The notes beneath the pieces are model-generated. The model was not told where the DNA came from. It worked only from the letters and a program-made list of their open reading frames with translations, and searched no databases. DNA of 40,524 nt from an uncultured Spirochaetaceae bacterium (lineage in GTDB: Bacteria; Spirochaetota; Spirochaetia; DSM-27196; PWMO01): contig CAYOFA010000004.1 of NCBI GenBank assembly GCA_964402885.1, positions 1-40,524 of the forward strand. The letters are read 5' to 3'. Positions 1-7,959 of this stretch are shown piece after piece. Position 1 is the first letter of the stretch. Every line of letters begins with the position of its first letter. Made by a program: the position numbers and the translations under genes.

Positions 1-627
1 GCGGCGGCGCCGTACTGGCAATACGGTGTGATCACCACGCTCGAGGGCCTCCTGATGGTAGGCCTTCTCGTTGCCTACCTGTACTTCCTCTATCGAAACG
101 CGAGCCGAAGCGGCGCTCAGTCGCTGGAGGAGGTGCCGATCGATGAGATACCCGTCGAGCCGGGAGCGGCGATGCCGCTGCTGTTCTTCAAGGTGATAGC
201 CGGCGTGGCGGGCCTTGCTCTCGGGGGTCAGCTTCTCGTTGACGGGGCGTCGTGGATCGCCGAGAACATCTTCGGGGCCTCGCAGCGCTTCATCGGGGTG
301 ACCGTGGTCGCCTTCGGGACGAGCCTGCCGGAGCTCGTGACGTCCCTCGTGGCGATGGTCAGGGGAGAGACCGACATCTCCCTCGGCAACGTCGTGGGCA
401 GCAATATCTTCAACTCGCTGCTGGTGCTCGGCGCGACCTCGCTGCTTCGCAAGATCGAGATCGGAAGCAGCGACTTTCGGCTCGATTTTCTCTTTATGGT
501 GTCGGTCAGCGTCCTGCTCTTCGTGATAACCGCATGGAAGCGAAAGCTCCCGCGATGGGGTGGGGCGAGCTTCTTCGTAGTCTATATAGTGTACTTTGTC
601 ATTCTTCTCCAGACGCGTACAATATAG
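1..627 (+). CDS. Ca2+/Na+ antiporter (CaCA / YrbG-type), C-terminal half; 5' end lies outside the window
   Basis: Frame 1 is open from nt 1; the track ORF 28..627 merely starts at an internal GTG. The translation carries the CaCA alpha-repeat signature GVTVVAFGTSLPELVTSLVA...GNVVGSNIFNSLLVLG between hydrophobic helices. Confidence 0.85.
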   Translation, partial: AAAPYWQYGVITTLEGLLMVGLLVAYLYFLYRNASRSGAQSLEEVPIDEIPVEPGAAMPLLFFKVIAGVAGLALGGQLLVDGASWIAENIFGASQRFIGVTVVAFGTSLPELVTSLVAMVRGETDISLGNVVGSNIFNSLLVLGATSLLRKIEIGSSDFRLDFLFMVSVSVLLFVITAWKRKLPRWGGASFFVVYIVYFVILLQTRTI

Positions 628-632
628 CAATC

Positions 633-1646
633 ATGCCGGACGCCAAACCGATTATCGACCCCCGCGCCGTGGTACGGCGGCTCCTCGTTCTGCTTCCCAT
701 CTCCGTCGGTATCAGCGTCGTGGTGGCCCTGGTGACTACCGGCACGAGCGAGATCCTCAAGCTCGAGGCTTTCTCCTTCGGGCTGTTCGCAGCGGCCGCA
801 GGTCTGCGGCTCGTGCCGTGGATGTCGAAGGCGTTCCGGCTGACGAACTGGATGCATTTTCTCGGCCATCGGTTCAGCTTCATGGAGGGGCTGCGGATCT
901 CGATCATGTCGGAGCTGGGGATGGCGTTGACGCCCACGGCGGTCGGGGGTCAGCCGGTGAAGGCCGGGATGCTCTACCAGCGGGGAGTGTCCCTGGGCGA
1001 GGCGACCTCCCTCACGACGATACAGACGGTCGAAGACCTTACGTTCTACGCCATCGGGCTTCCGCTGGCGCTTACCCTGGCATCGCTTCGGGCGAGAGCG
1101 GCACTGAATCGTGTCATGGAACAGGACGTGATGGGAACCGGCGGCTGGCTGATCACCGCCGGCGTGGTGGTGGCGGTGGTGGTGGCTGCGCTGCTCCTCG
1201 CGCGCGCCTTCGGCGTGTTTCCGAAACTCCGGCGCAAGCTTCGTTCCTTCGGCACCGAGTTCAAGCGGTTGTACGCCGAAATCATCAGGCGGGGTAAACA
1301 GCGCTTTGCCCTGAACGTGGCGGTGGCGGCTGTCCACTGGGTCAGTCGCTACTCCGTCGTCGCGATGCTTACGCTCAGCCTGGGCTACGAGGTCAATTTC
1401 CTGAACTTTCTGGTCCTTCAGTGGGTGCTCTTCGCGATCATGGCGTTCGTGCCCACGCCCGGCGCAACGGGCGGGGCGGAAGGGCTGTTCGTGCTTCTGT
1501 TCACCGGCGTGCTCCCGCGTCAGGCGCTGGGGACGATCCTCATCGGCTGGCGCTTTCTGGATTTCTACTTCACTACGATACTTGCACTGGCCGTGCTGGG
1601 CCTCGGGGGGCTCGGGGCACGATCCCCGGGCGTGCTGAAAGACTGA
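633..1646 (+). CDS. Flippase-like multi-pass membrane protein (UPF0104 / LPG_synthase_TM family)
   Basis: In-frame ATG at 633 inside track ORF 252..1646, 5 nt after the antiporter stop (TAG 625-627). About 8 hydrophobic helices. Two pseudo-repeated motifs, LTPTAVGGQPVKAGML and PTPGATGGAEGLFVLLF, are typical of this family. Confidence 0.7.
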   Translation: MPDAKPIIDPRAVVRRLLVLLPISVGISVVVALVTTGTSEILKLEAFSFGLFAAAAGLRLVPWMSKAFRLTNWMHFLGHRFSFMEGLRISIMSELGMALTPTAVGGQPVKAGMLYQRGVSLGEATSLTTIQTVEDLTFYAIGLPLALTLASLRARAALNRVMEQDVMGTGGWLITAGVVVAVVVAALLLARAFGVFPKLRRKLRSFGTEFKRLYAEIIRRGKQRFALNVAVAAVHWVSRYSVVAMLTLSLGYEVNFLNFLVLQWVLFAIMAFVPTPGATGGAEGLFVLLFTGVLPRQALGTILIGWRFLDFYFTTILALAVLGLGGLGARSPGVLKD

Positions 1647-1659
1647 GGAGGGAAACCGC

Positions 1660-2796
1660 ATGCGCGGAACATCGACGCTCTCACGACTCGGGCTGCTCAT
1701 CTCGGCATTCGCGCGTCACGGTCGCCTGATCAGTGTCACGACCTGGTTTCTCTTCGCGACCCCGTTGATTGCGCTCACCCGGCTTACGCTTCGACTCGAC
1801 GAGCTGATCTACCCGGAGCTGCGAACGCTACCGGTCGAGAAACCGGTGTTCATCATGGGTCACCCGCGCAGCGGAACGAGCTTTTTCCAGCGCCGTGTCT
1901 TCCGCAGCGGCGCCGCGGCCATGTTTACTACCTGGGAGCTCTTTGTTCCCTCGGTTGTCCTGCGGCGCGTGCTGCGCCCCGTGGTTCGCCTCCTCACGCG
2001 CAATGACGTGGACGTCGTCCAGTCCTCCGATTACGGGCACGAGGTCCGCATTGCTGATGTGGAGGAGGATGAAGGTCTGTTCCTCCATCGCCTCGACAGT
2101 GAGATGATGACCTTCCTCTGTCCCCGGTTGCTCATCGACGAGAGGTCGGCCGACCTCGGATTCCGGCTCGGGTGGGTGAACGATCGCGAGCTGCGTCGCT
2201 CGATGGAGTTCTACCGACGCTGTCTGAGAAGAAACCTCTTTCACTCCGGGAAGGCACGGGTGGTGGCGAAGTGCAACCCCTCGGTATTCCGGCTCCCGGC
2301 ACTTCTCGAAGCCTTCCCCGATGCGCAGATCGTGTACGTGGTGCGCCGCCCGGAGGACAGCATCCGCTCCTTCCTTGCGTTTACCGAGCGGTTCGTCGCC
2401 CCGTTGCTCAAAGACAGCGAGCTGCCCGTGTACTTTCGCCGGAAGTATCGGTGGGGCGTCGAGCTCTACAGGCGGTTCGAGGAGCTGCGGCCCCGCATCC
2501 CGCCGGAGCAGCTTCTCGTCCTGCGGTTCGACGAGATCACCACAGCCCCGGAGGGGGCTCTGCGGCGTTTCTTCGAGTTCACTGCGATCGATCCCGAAGA
2601 GGAGACTATCGAGCGGATTTCCGCGAAGCGCAACTCGCGGCCCGCAAAGCGGCATGTAAACGACGCCCTCGCCGCGTTCGGCATCAGCGAGGAGGAGGTT
2701 CGGCGCGATCTCGCGTTCGTGCGCGAGCGGTATTTTCCCGAAGACTTCGATGATGAGCCGGAGACGACCGCTGAGCTCGGGGGTGTGGGATCCTGA
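1660..2796 (+). CDS. Sulfotransferase-family protein
   Basis: ATG preceded by a GAGGAGGG Shine-Dalgarno (1645-1652). GHPRSGTSFFQRRVF resembles the 5'-phosphosulfate (PAPS) binding loop and YVVRRPEDSIRSF the 3'-phosphate binding motif of sulfotransferases. The N-terminal hydrophobic segment suggests membrane association. Confidence 0.7.
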   Translation: MRGTSTLSRLGLLISAFARHGRLISVTTWFLFATPLIALTRLTLRLDELIYPELRTLPVEKPVFIMGHPRSGTSFFQRRVFRSGAAAMFTTWELFVPSVVLRRVLRPVVRLLTRNDVDVVQSSDYGHEVRIADVEEDEGLFLHRLDSEMMTFLCPRLLIDERSADLGFRLGWVNDRELRRSMEFYRRCLRRNLFHSGKARVVAKCNPSVFRLPALLEAFPDAQIVYVVRRPEDSIRSFLAFTERFVAPLLKDSELPVYFRRKYRWGVELYRRFEELRPRIPPEQLLVLRFDEITTAPEGALRRFFEFTAIDPEEETIERISAKRNSRPAKRHVNDALAAFGISEEEVRRDLAFVRERYFPEDFDDEPETTAELGGVGS

Positions 2797-2818
2797 GCGT
2801 TTGGTTTAGAATGAGGCC

Positions 2819-3820
2819 ATGAGCGAACAAAGTGTGGCGGTTCTCTGGGACGCGGAGAACGTCAATCCGAAATCCCTGAAATCGCTGGTAGAGGCGGTTC
2901 TCGAGTTTGCAAACCGATTCGGCCGGGTGTCGGTGGCCTATGCCTTCGGCGACTGGAAGCGATCCCGCCTCACCGGCGCCGACTCGGTGCTTGCCGGAGA
3001 GTCCTTCCAGCTGATGCACGTGCCGGCGGCCCGAAAGAACAGCGCGGACATCTCGATGGTGACGAGTGCCATGGAGCTGCTCTTCCTCTATCCGCACGTG
3101 CAGACCTACGTCCTCGTCACCGGCGACTCCGACTTTCGGCCGCTGCTGGTGAGCATCCGCCGCCGCGGCGCGCAGACCGCCGTCGTCTGCGATGCGAGAA
3201 GCGCAAGCGAGGATCTCCTGGCCCTTGCCGATGAGTATCGTGACTATCGGGATCTTCTTGCTGATGAGGAGACCACGAGCGCCGAAACCGAAGAGGACGG
3301 CACCACCCTCAGCAAGGAGCAGGCCTTCCAGCTTCTCTCCGAGGCGACGGCCATGATGCGGCAGAACAAAAAGACGCCGGGTCTCGGCCCCGTCAAGATT
3401 CGCATGAAGCTGCTCCACGAGGGCTTCGACGAGTCGAAGCTCGGATACCGCTCCTGGAAATCCTTCGTGCAGGACGCGCAGAAAGAGGGCTACGTAACCG
3501 TGGAGACGAAGGGCTCCGATCTGATTCTGGCCCTTCCCAAGTCGAAGGAACGAAGCACGGAGCGCCTCGCTGAGCCCTTCCATACCTTCCTCGAGACGGT
3601 GAAGCAGTGCGGTGGGGGAGAGAATGCCTCCGACGGGATAGCGCTTGCCCGTGTCGGCAACGCCCTGAATGACCGCAACTTCGACTACCGCAAGTACGGC
3701 TACAAGAAGCTCAGTAAGCTTGCCGAGGCGGCGGGAAAGCGCGGTCTTGCCGACACCTCGAATCGCAACCTGGAGTGGACCATCAAGCTCACCGACGAGG
3801 GTGCGAAGTACCTGCGGTAG
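2819..3820 (+). CDS. NYN-domain (LabA/PIN-like) protein with C-terminal OST-HTH/LOTUS repeats
   Basis: N-terminus VAVLWDAENVNP ... YVLVTGDSDFRPLLVSIRRRG matches the NYN/LabA acidic catalytic motifs. An acidic linker is followed by two ~70-aa helical modules (KIRMKLLHEGFDESKLGYRSWKSFV and VGNALNDRNFDYRKYGYKKLSKLA) of OST-HTH type. Confidence 0.75.
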   Translation: MSEQSVAVLWDAENVNPKSLKSLVEAVLEFANRFGRVSVAYAFGDWKRSRLTGADSVLAGESFQLMHVPAARKNSADISMVTSAMELLFLYPHVQTYVLVTGDSDFRPLLVSIRRRGAQTAVVCDARSASEDLLALADEYRDYRDLLADEETTSAETEEDGTTLSKEQAFQLLSEATAMMRQNKKTPGLGPVKIRMKLLHEGFDESKLGYRSWKSFVQDAQKEGYVTVETKGSDLILALPKSKERSTERLAEPFHTFLETVKQCGGGENASDGIALARVGNALNDRNFDYRKYGYKKLSKLAEAAGKRGLADTSNRNLEWTIKLTDEGAKYLR

Positions 3821-3826
3821 CCGTCG

Positions 3827-4237
3827 CTACAAATCGGGATCCCTGCGGCGCCGCTTCTTCTCACCGCGGTGCTTCTTTCGCCTCAGTCGCTCCTCCTCGG
3901 CGCCCCGCGGCCGCCTGGTCGGGCGCCGTGGCCGCGGCCGCCGCAGCGCGTGTCTCAACAGCTCCACGGCGCGCTCTTCGGCAATCTCGCGGTTTCGGCT
4001 CTGACTGCGAGTTTCCGTGCACTGAACGAGGAGCTCGTCTCCCTCGGTGATACGGGAGCCGAGGACGTGACGCACACGCGCGGTGTGCGCCTCGTCCACC
4101 GGAAGCTCGGCGATCGGGAGTCGCAGGGTGACTTTGGTGTTGACCTTGTTGACGTTCTGTCCGCCGGGACCCCCGGAGCGGGCAAACTCGGTGCGCCCGT
4201 TTCGGTGAACCCATCGCCTGAGCTCCGCATCGTCCAT
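3827..4237 (-). CDS. arfB: Alternative ribosome-rescue factor ArfB (peptidyl-tRNA hydrolase, RF-1 domain)
   Basis: GGPGGQNVNKVNTKVTLR contains the GGQ catalytic motif. Size is ~136 aa, with the characteristic Arg/Lys-rich C-terminal tail (RRPRPRRPTRRPRG...KKRRRR). Start taken at the in-frame ATG at 4237 (MDDAELRRW) rather than the 286-aa track ORF. Confidence 0.85.
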   Translation of the reverse strand: MDDAELRRWVHRNGRTEFARSGGPGGQNVNKVNTKVTLRLPIAELPVDEAHTARVRHVLGSRITEGDELLVQCTETRSQSRNREIAEERAVELLRHALRRPRPRRPTRRPRGAEEERLRRKKHRGEKKRRRRDPDL

Positions 4238-4300
4238 ACTCTTAAAAAGTACGGCTTCCCGGGTTTGCCGCTCAAGCACATAAGCAATACCTTTGACGAA

Positions 4301-4669
4301 ATGCTGTACGAAATCCGGAACGTTCGGCAGGTCCCGGGAGAAGGATACCGTCGCTGGTTCACAGATCCGGACCATGACCTCGTAGTGTGGTACCCGCAAC
4401 AGGGGTCGGGGCGGATAGAAGGCTTTCAGTTCTCCTACGACAAACAGGGCGATGAGCACGCGCTCACCTGGACACGGGAGCGGGGTTTCGAGCATCACCG
4501 GATTGATGCCGGCGACGTTCCCTTCTCCAGCAAGATGAGCCCCGTGCTCGTGGCCGACGGGCTTCCGGATGTCAAACGTCTCTCGGAGCGTTTTCGCGAG
4601 ATATCGGCGAATGTCGATGCACGCATCGTCTCGTTCGTACGGCAGAAACTCGAATCGGAAGGCGCCTGA
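4301..4669 (+). CDS. Hypothetical protein (122 aa)
   Basis: In-frame ATG at 4301 inside track ORF 3869..4669, whose 5' part is the shadow of arfB. G/C-rich third codon positions and a balanced composition (MLYEIRNVRQVPGEGYRRWFTDPDHDLVVWY...). No family recognised. Confidence 0.5.
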   Translation: MLYEIRNVRQVPGEGYRRWFTDPDHDLVVWYPQQGSGRIEGFQFSYDKQGDEHALTWTRERGFEHHRIDAGDVPFSSKMSPVLVADGLPDVKRLSERFREISANVDARIVSFVRQKLESEGA

Positions 4670-4723
4670 AGCGCGCCTTGTATGCATGGGGGCGGCGTGT
4701 TACCGTGCCCCGAGGAGGATCAG

Positions 4724-5188
4724 ATGACCATTCAGAATGACGCGGTGGTGACCATCGCCTACACCCTGAAAGACGACGACGGGCAGGTGCTCGATACATC
4801 GGAAGACCACGGCGATCTTGCCTATCTCCACGGCCACCAGAACATTGTTCCGGGGCTCGAGGAAGCTCTCGAAGGCAAAGGCCCCGGGGAGTCCGTTCAG
4901 GCTACGATTCCGCCCGAGAAGGCCTACGGGGTGCGGGACGAGCAGCTGATATTCCAGGTGCCCCGCGAGCGCATGCCGGAAGAAACGGAGCTGCAGGTCG
5001 GCATGCAGTTCGAGGCGCAGACCTCCGGCGGTGAGCGCCAGATCGTGACCCTCGCCGACGTCGGTGACGCCGAAGTCACCCTTGATGCGAACCATCCACT
5101 TGCCGGCCAGACACTCCACTTCGACGTGACGGTCAACGATGTGCGCGAGGCAACATCGGAAGAGCTCGACCACGGCCACGTCCACTGA
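4724..5188 (+). CDS. slyD: FKBP-type peptidyl-prolyl cis-trans isomerase, SlyD-like
   Basis: ATG at 4724 preceded by GAGGAGG (4712-4718). MTIQNDAVVTIAYTLKDDDGQVLDTS...LAYLHGHQNIVPGLEEALEGK...LAGQTLHFDVTVNDVREAT is the SlyD FKBP fold with an IF insert. Short His-containing tail (DHGHVH). Confidence 0.85.
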   Translation: MTIQNDAVVTIAYTLKDDDGQVLDTSEDHGDLAYLHGHQNIVPGLEEALEGKGPGESVQATIPPEKAYGVRDEQLIFQVPRERMPEETELQVGMQFEAQTSGGERQIVTLADVGDAEVTLDANHPLAGQTLHFDVTVNDVREATSEELDHGHVH

Positions 5189-5663
5189 GTACATCCGGTG
5201 CAGACCGGTCACCGACGGGGAGATTCCCGCGGTGCACCGGTTGATCCGTGAGGTTTTCAACACTCAGGTAGCACCCCTGTATAGCGAAGAAGGAGTTCGC
5301 GCGTTCCTCGACTACGTCGACCCCGATCAGCTCGCGCGGCGGGCCGGACAAGATCATGAGCTCATAGCCGCGGAGGACGAAGGGACGGGTGACATTCTCG
5401 GGGTAGCGGAGATCCGACGCTGCACGCACATCGCGCTCCTGTTCGTAGGCGCAGATGTTCAGCGGCGGGGTGTCGGACGGCGGTTGCTCGAGTACGTGTG
5501 CTCACAGTGCCGCAGCCGGGGGCGGCGCATACTGACGGTGAATGCCGCCCCGAACGCGGTGTCGGCGTATGAGCACCTCGGCTTCACTGCGCAGGGCCCC
5601 GAACGCGAGGAGTCGGGGATCCGCTCGGTCCCGATGATGCGAGCTGTGGAAGAATCGCCATGA
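5139..5663 (+). CDS. GNAT-family N-acetyltransferase
   Basis: ALLFVGADVQRRGVGRRLLEYV is the GNAT motif A (Q/RxxGxG/A), followed by AYEHLGFT (motif B). The only canonical start is the ATG at 5139, which overlaps slyD by 50 nt, so the start is uncertain. Confidence 0.7.
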   Translation: MCARQHRKSSTTATSTEYIRCRPVTDGEIPAVHRLIREVFNTQVAPLYSEEGVRAFLDYVDPDQLARRAGQDHELIAAEDEGTGDILGVAEIRRCTHIALLFVGADVQRRGVGRRLLEYVCSQCRSRGRRILTVNAAPNAVSAYEHLGFTAQGPEREESGIRSVPMMRAVEESP

Positions 5664-6571
5664 GCCATGATCACCACCACCATCACCACCATCACGTACC
5701 CGAGGCACAGGAGGGCGACGAAGGCGCCTTTCGGATCGCCTTTTTTCTGAATCTCACCTTTACGGTGGTGGAGCTCATCGGAGGGCTTCTCACCAACAGT
5801 GTCGCCATTCTCTCCGATGCCGTTCACGACCTCGGCGATTCCATCTCGCTTCTCTTTTCCTGGGCGATGGAACGAATCGCCGGCCGCCGACGGACACCCA
5901 AACAGACCTTCGGCTACAAGCGCTACTCCGTGCTCGGTGCAATCGTAAGCGCGGCGGTGCTTCTCGTGGGCTCGATCTTCGTCATGATGGAGGCCGTCCC
6001 GCGCCTCTTTGCGCCGGAAACCGTGCATCCGGAAGGCATGCTTCCGCTTGCGGTCGCCGGAATTGCCTTCAACCTGCTTGCCGTACTCAGACTGCGCGGC
6101 GGGGAGAAGCTGAGTCGCCGGGTGGTGGTGCTGCATCTCATGGAGGATGTACTCGGGTGGATCGGTGTGCTCGTGGTCAGCATCGTGCTCCTGTTTGCCG
6201 ATCTTCCGATCCTCGATCCGATTCTCTCGGTTGCCGTCACGCTGTTCGTGCTCTCGCGTATCGTCCCGCGCCTCAAGCATGCCCTCGGTGTGTTCATGCA
6301 GTACGCGCCGGCGGAGATCGACATCGACCGCATCGAGTCGCAGCTGACGGAGATGGATCACGTGGAGGGCCTGCATGACGTGCACGCGTGGTCCCTCGAC
6401 GGGAGCTATCACCTCTTCTCCTCCCATGTGGTGATCGACGAGGATCTGAGCCTGAGCGAGCTCGAGGAGCTGAAAGCGGGCATCAAGTCGACGCTGGCGC
6501 AGTGGGGCATCCACCACGTGACGCTCGAGTTCGAGAGCGGAGCCGCCGGCTGCGCAGAGTGCGACCTGTGA
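5660..6571 (+). CDS. Cation diffusion facilitator (CzcD/ZitB-like Zn/Co/Cd efflux transporter)
   Basis: N-terminal His8 tract, six TM helices, the TM2 motif LSDAVHDLGD and TM5 HLMEDVLGW (the HD-HD metal site), and a C-terminal cytoplasmic domain. The start overlaps the GNAT stop (ATGA at 5660-5663). Confidence 0.9.
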   Translation: MSHDHHHHHHHHVPEAQEGDEGAFRIAFFLNLTFTVVELIGGLLTNSVAILSDAVHDLGDSISLLFSWAMERIAGRRRTPKQTFGYKRYSVLGAIVSAAVLLVGSIFVMMEAVPRLFAPETVHPEGMLPLAVAGIAFNLLAVLRLRGGEKLSRRVVVLHLMEDVLGWIGVLVVSIVLLFADLPILDPILSVAVTLFVLSRIVPRLKHALGVFMQYAPAEIDIDRIESQLTEMDHVEGLHDVHAWSLDGSYHLFSSHVVIDEDLSLSELEELKAGIKSTLAQWGIHHVTLEFESGAAGCAECDL

Positions 6572-6654
6572 GCGGCGACCCGCCGACCCGGCTCCGGCCC
6601 CCGGCCCGACGGGCTTGAGCGAGTGCCGCAGTCCCGTACATACTGTACCCAATC

Positions 6655-7395
6655 ATGAAACGTCATCAGGATCAGGTAAGTGTCCGGTCGTACGACGCGG
6701 ATCAGGCCGGACGTCTGAAGCCCAGCTCACTCTTCAACTACTTCCAGGAGGCCGCATGGCGGCACGCGGAGATGCTGGGCTTCGGATATGCGGCATTGCT
6801 GGAGCAGAATCTGTTCTGGGTCCTTTCTCGGGTTCAGCTGGAATGGACGGATGAGCTGCGATGGGGCGACGAGGTCACGGTGGAGACCTGGCCGAAGGGT
6901 GTGACAAAGCTCTTCGCGCTGCGTGATTTCATCGTGCGGAGGGCCGACGGCAGGGAGGCCGTCCGCGCAACGAGCGCCTGGCTCACCCTCGACCTCGAAA
7001 GCAAGAGACCGCGCCGTCCCGAGAACATCATGGACCCGGCCGTCATGCTCGAGGATGATCACGCGATCGAGCAGTTCCCCGGTAAGATCGCCATGCCGAC
7101 CGACCTCTACCACGCGGCAAACCGCATCGCCCGATACTCCGATCTGGATGTGAACCGACATGTGAACAATGCGCGCTACGTCGACTGGCTCTTCGACGCG
7201 CTGCCCCCGCGATCGGATATGCCCGTTCCCTTCAGCCGGTTGAATGTGCAGTTCATCGGCGAGGCCCGATGGAACGAAGAGCTCGACGTTCTCACCGAAG
7301 TGCACGACTCGATCGGAACCGCCTACGCCTCCATCGTCAATCGGGCCGACGACCGCCACGTCTGTGACGCGGTGCTTGCGTTTCCCGGCACCTGA
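6655..7395 (+). CDS. Acyl-ACP thioesterase (FatA/FatB-like double hotdog)
   Basis: SVRSYDADQAGRLKPSSLFNYFQEAAWRHAEMLGFGY...LFWVLSRVQLEW and a second half with DLDVNRHVNNARYVDW match the acyl-ACP thioesterase family pattern. Confidence 0.8.
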   Translation: MKRHQDQVSVRSYDADQAGRLKPSSLFNYFQEAAWRHAEMLGFGYAALLEQNLFWVLSRVQLEWTDELRWGDEVTVETWPKGVTKLFALRDFIVRRADGREAVRATSAWLTLDLESKRPRRPENIMDPAVMLEDDHAIEQFPGKIAMPTDLYHAANRIARYSDLDVNRHVNNARYVDWLFDALPPRSDMPVPFSRLNVQFIGEARWNEELDVLTEVHDSIGTAYASIVNRADDRHVCDAVLAFPGT

Positions 7396-7404
7396 ACTCC
7401 GGCG

Positions 7405-7959
7405 TTACTCGTCGGAGGAGCCGCGCGCTCTGTCCTGAACACGCTGTTTGAGGATGGTGATGAGCGGGTCGAAGTCCGACTGTAACGCGGGCTCCGCCTC
7501 CACGATATCCTGGTGCGCCGAGAGGACGTACTCGTCGGTGATGAACTTCTTGTCCGAGGGAGAGATGCGTTGGAGTACATGCTCGCGCAGCTTCTCCAGC
7601 GCGGCGTCGTGGTCGACCTCGAAATAGTCGAGCAGGTGCATCCCCGACAGGATCCGCCGTGAGTCGGAGGAAAGATTCCACAGGCACATCGCGCCGTTGT
7701 GGCGCTCGAATGTCTTGCGGATCTTGATGAAGGTTCCGACCGTGGTGCTGTCCATGTAGGAGACACGACTGAGGTCGATGTGCACGTGATCTATGTCCTC
7801 GGCGTTGGCGTGCGGCTGCAGATGCTCGTAGAGCGCGATGGCCAGCGGCGCGGTTATTTCCCCGGAAAGATACAGAACGAGCTCCCGGTCGCGCCTGATG
7901 TAGTGGATATCGCCCTTGCTGGTATCTTCCATACTCTGTTCAAGGTACGCGTGCGACAC
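7405..7959 (-). CDS. STAS-domain protein (anti-sigma-factor antagonist-like) with ~70-aa C-terminal extension
   Basis: LVLYLSGEITAPLAIALYEHL...HVHIDLSRVSYMDSTTVGTFIKI...LWNLSSDSRRILSGMHLLDYFEV is a SpoIIAA/RsbV-type STAS fold with the phosphorylatable DS(T) position. The GTG at 7959 directly abuts the rluA-family stop (7960-7962). An alternative ATG lies at 7932. Confidence 0.75.
   Translation of the reverse strand: MSHAYLEQSMEDTSKGDIHYIRRDRELVLYLSGEITAPLAIALYEHLQPHANAEDIDHVHIDLSRVSYMDSTTVGTFIKIRKTFERHNGAMCLWNLSSDSRRILSGMHLLDYFEVDHDAALEKLREHVLQRISPSDKKFITDEYVLSAHQDIVEAEPALQSDFDPLITILKQRVQDRARGSSDE

Noticed and set aside
4238-4687. 150-aa N-terminal extension of the arfB ORF (track ORF 3827..4687)
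   Set aside because: ArfB proteins are ~140 aa. The extension overlaps a better-looking plus-strand ORF (4301..4669) and has no RF-1 domain features.
5672-5695. CAC/CAT repeat tract
   Set aside because: It encodes the His8 N-terminal metal-binding tract common in CDF transporters, so it is not a non-coding microsatellite.
5459-6652. 397-aa minus-strand ORF covering the CDF transporter gene
   Set aside because: It is antisense to a gene with clear CDF motifs. Its translation is Arg/His/Gly-rich low-complexity sequence typical of shadow ORFs in GC-rich DNA.
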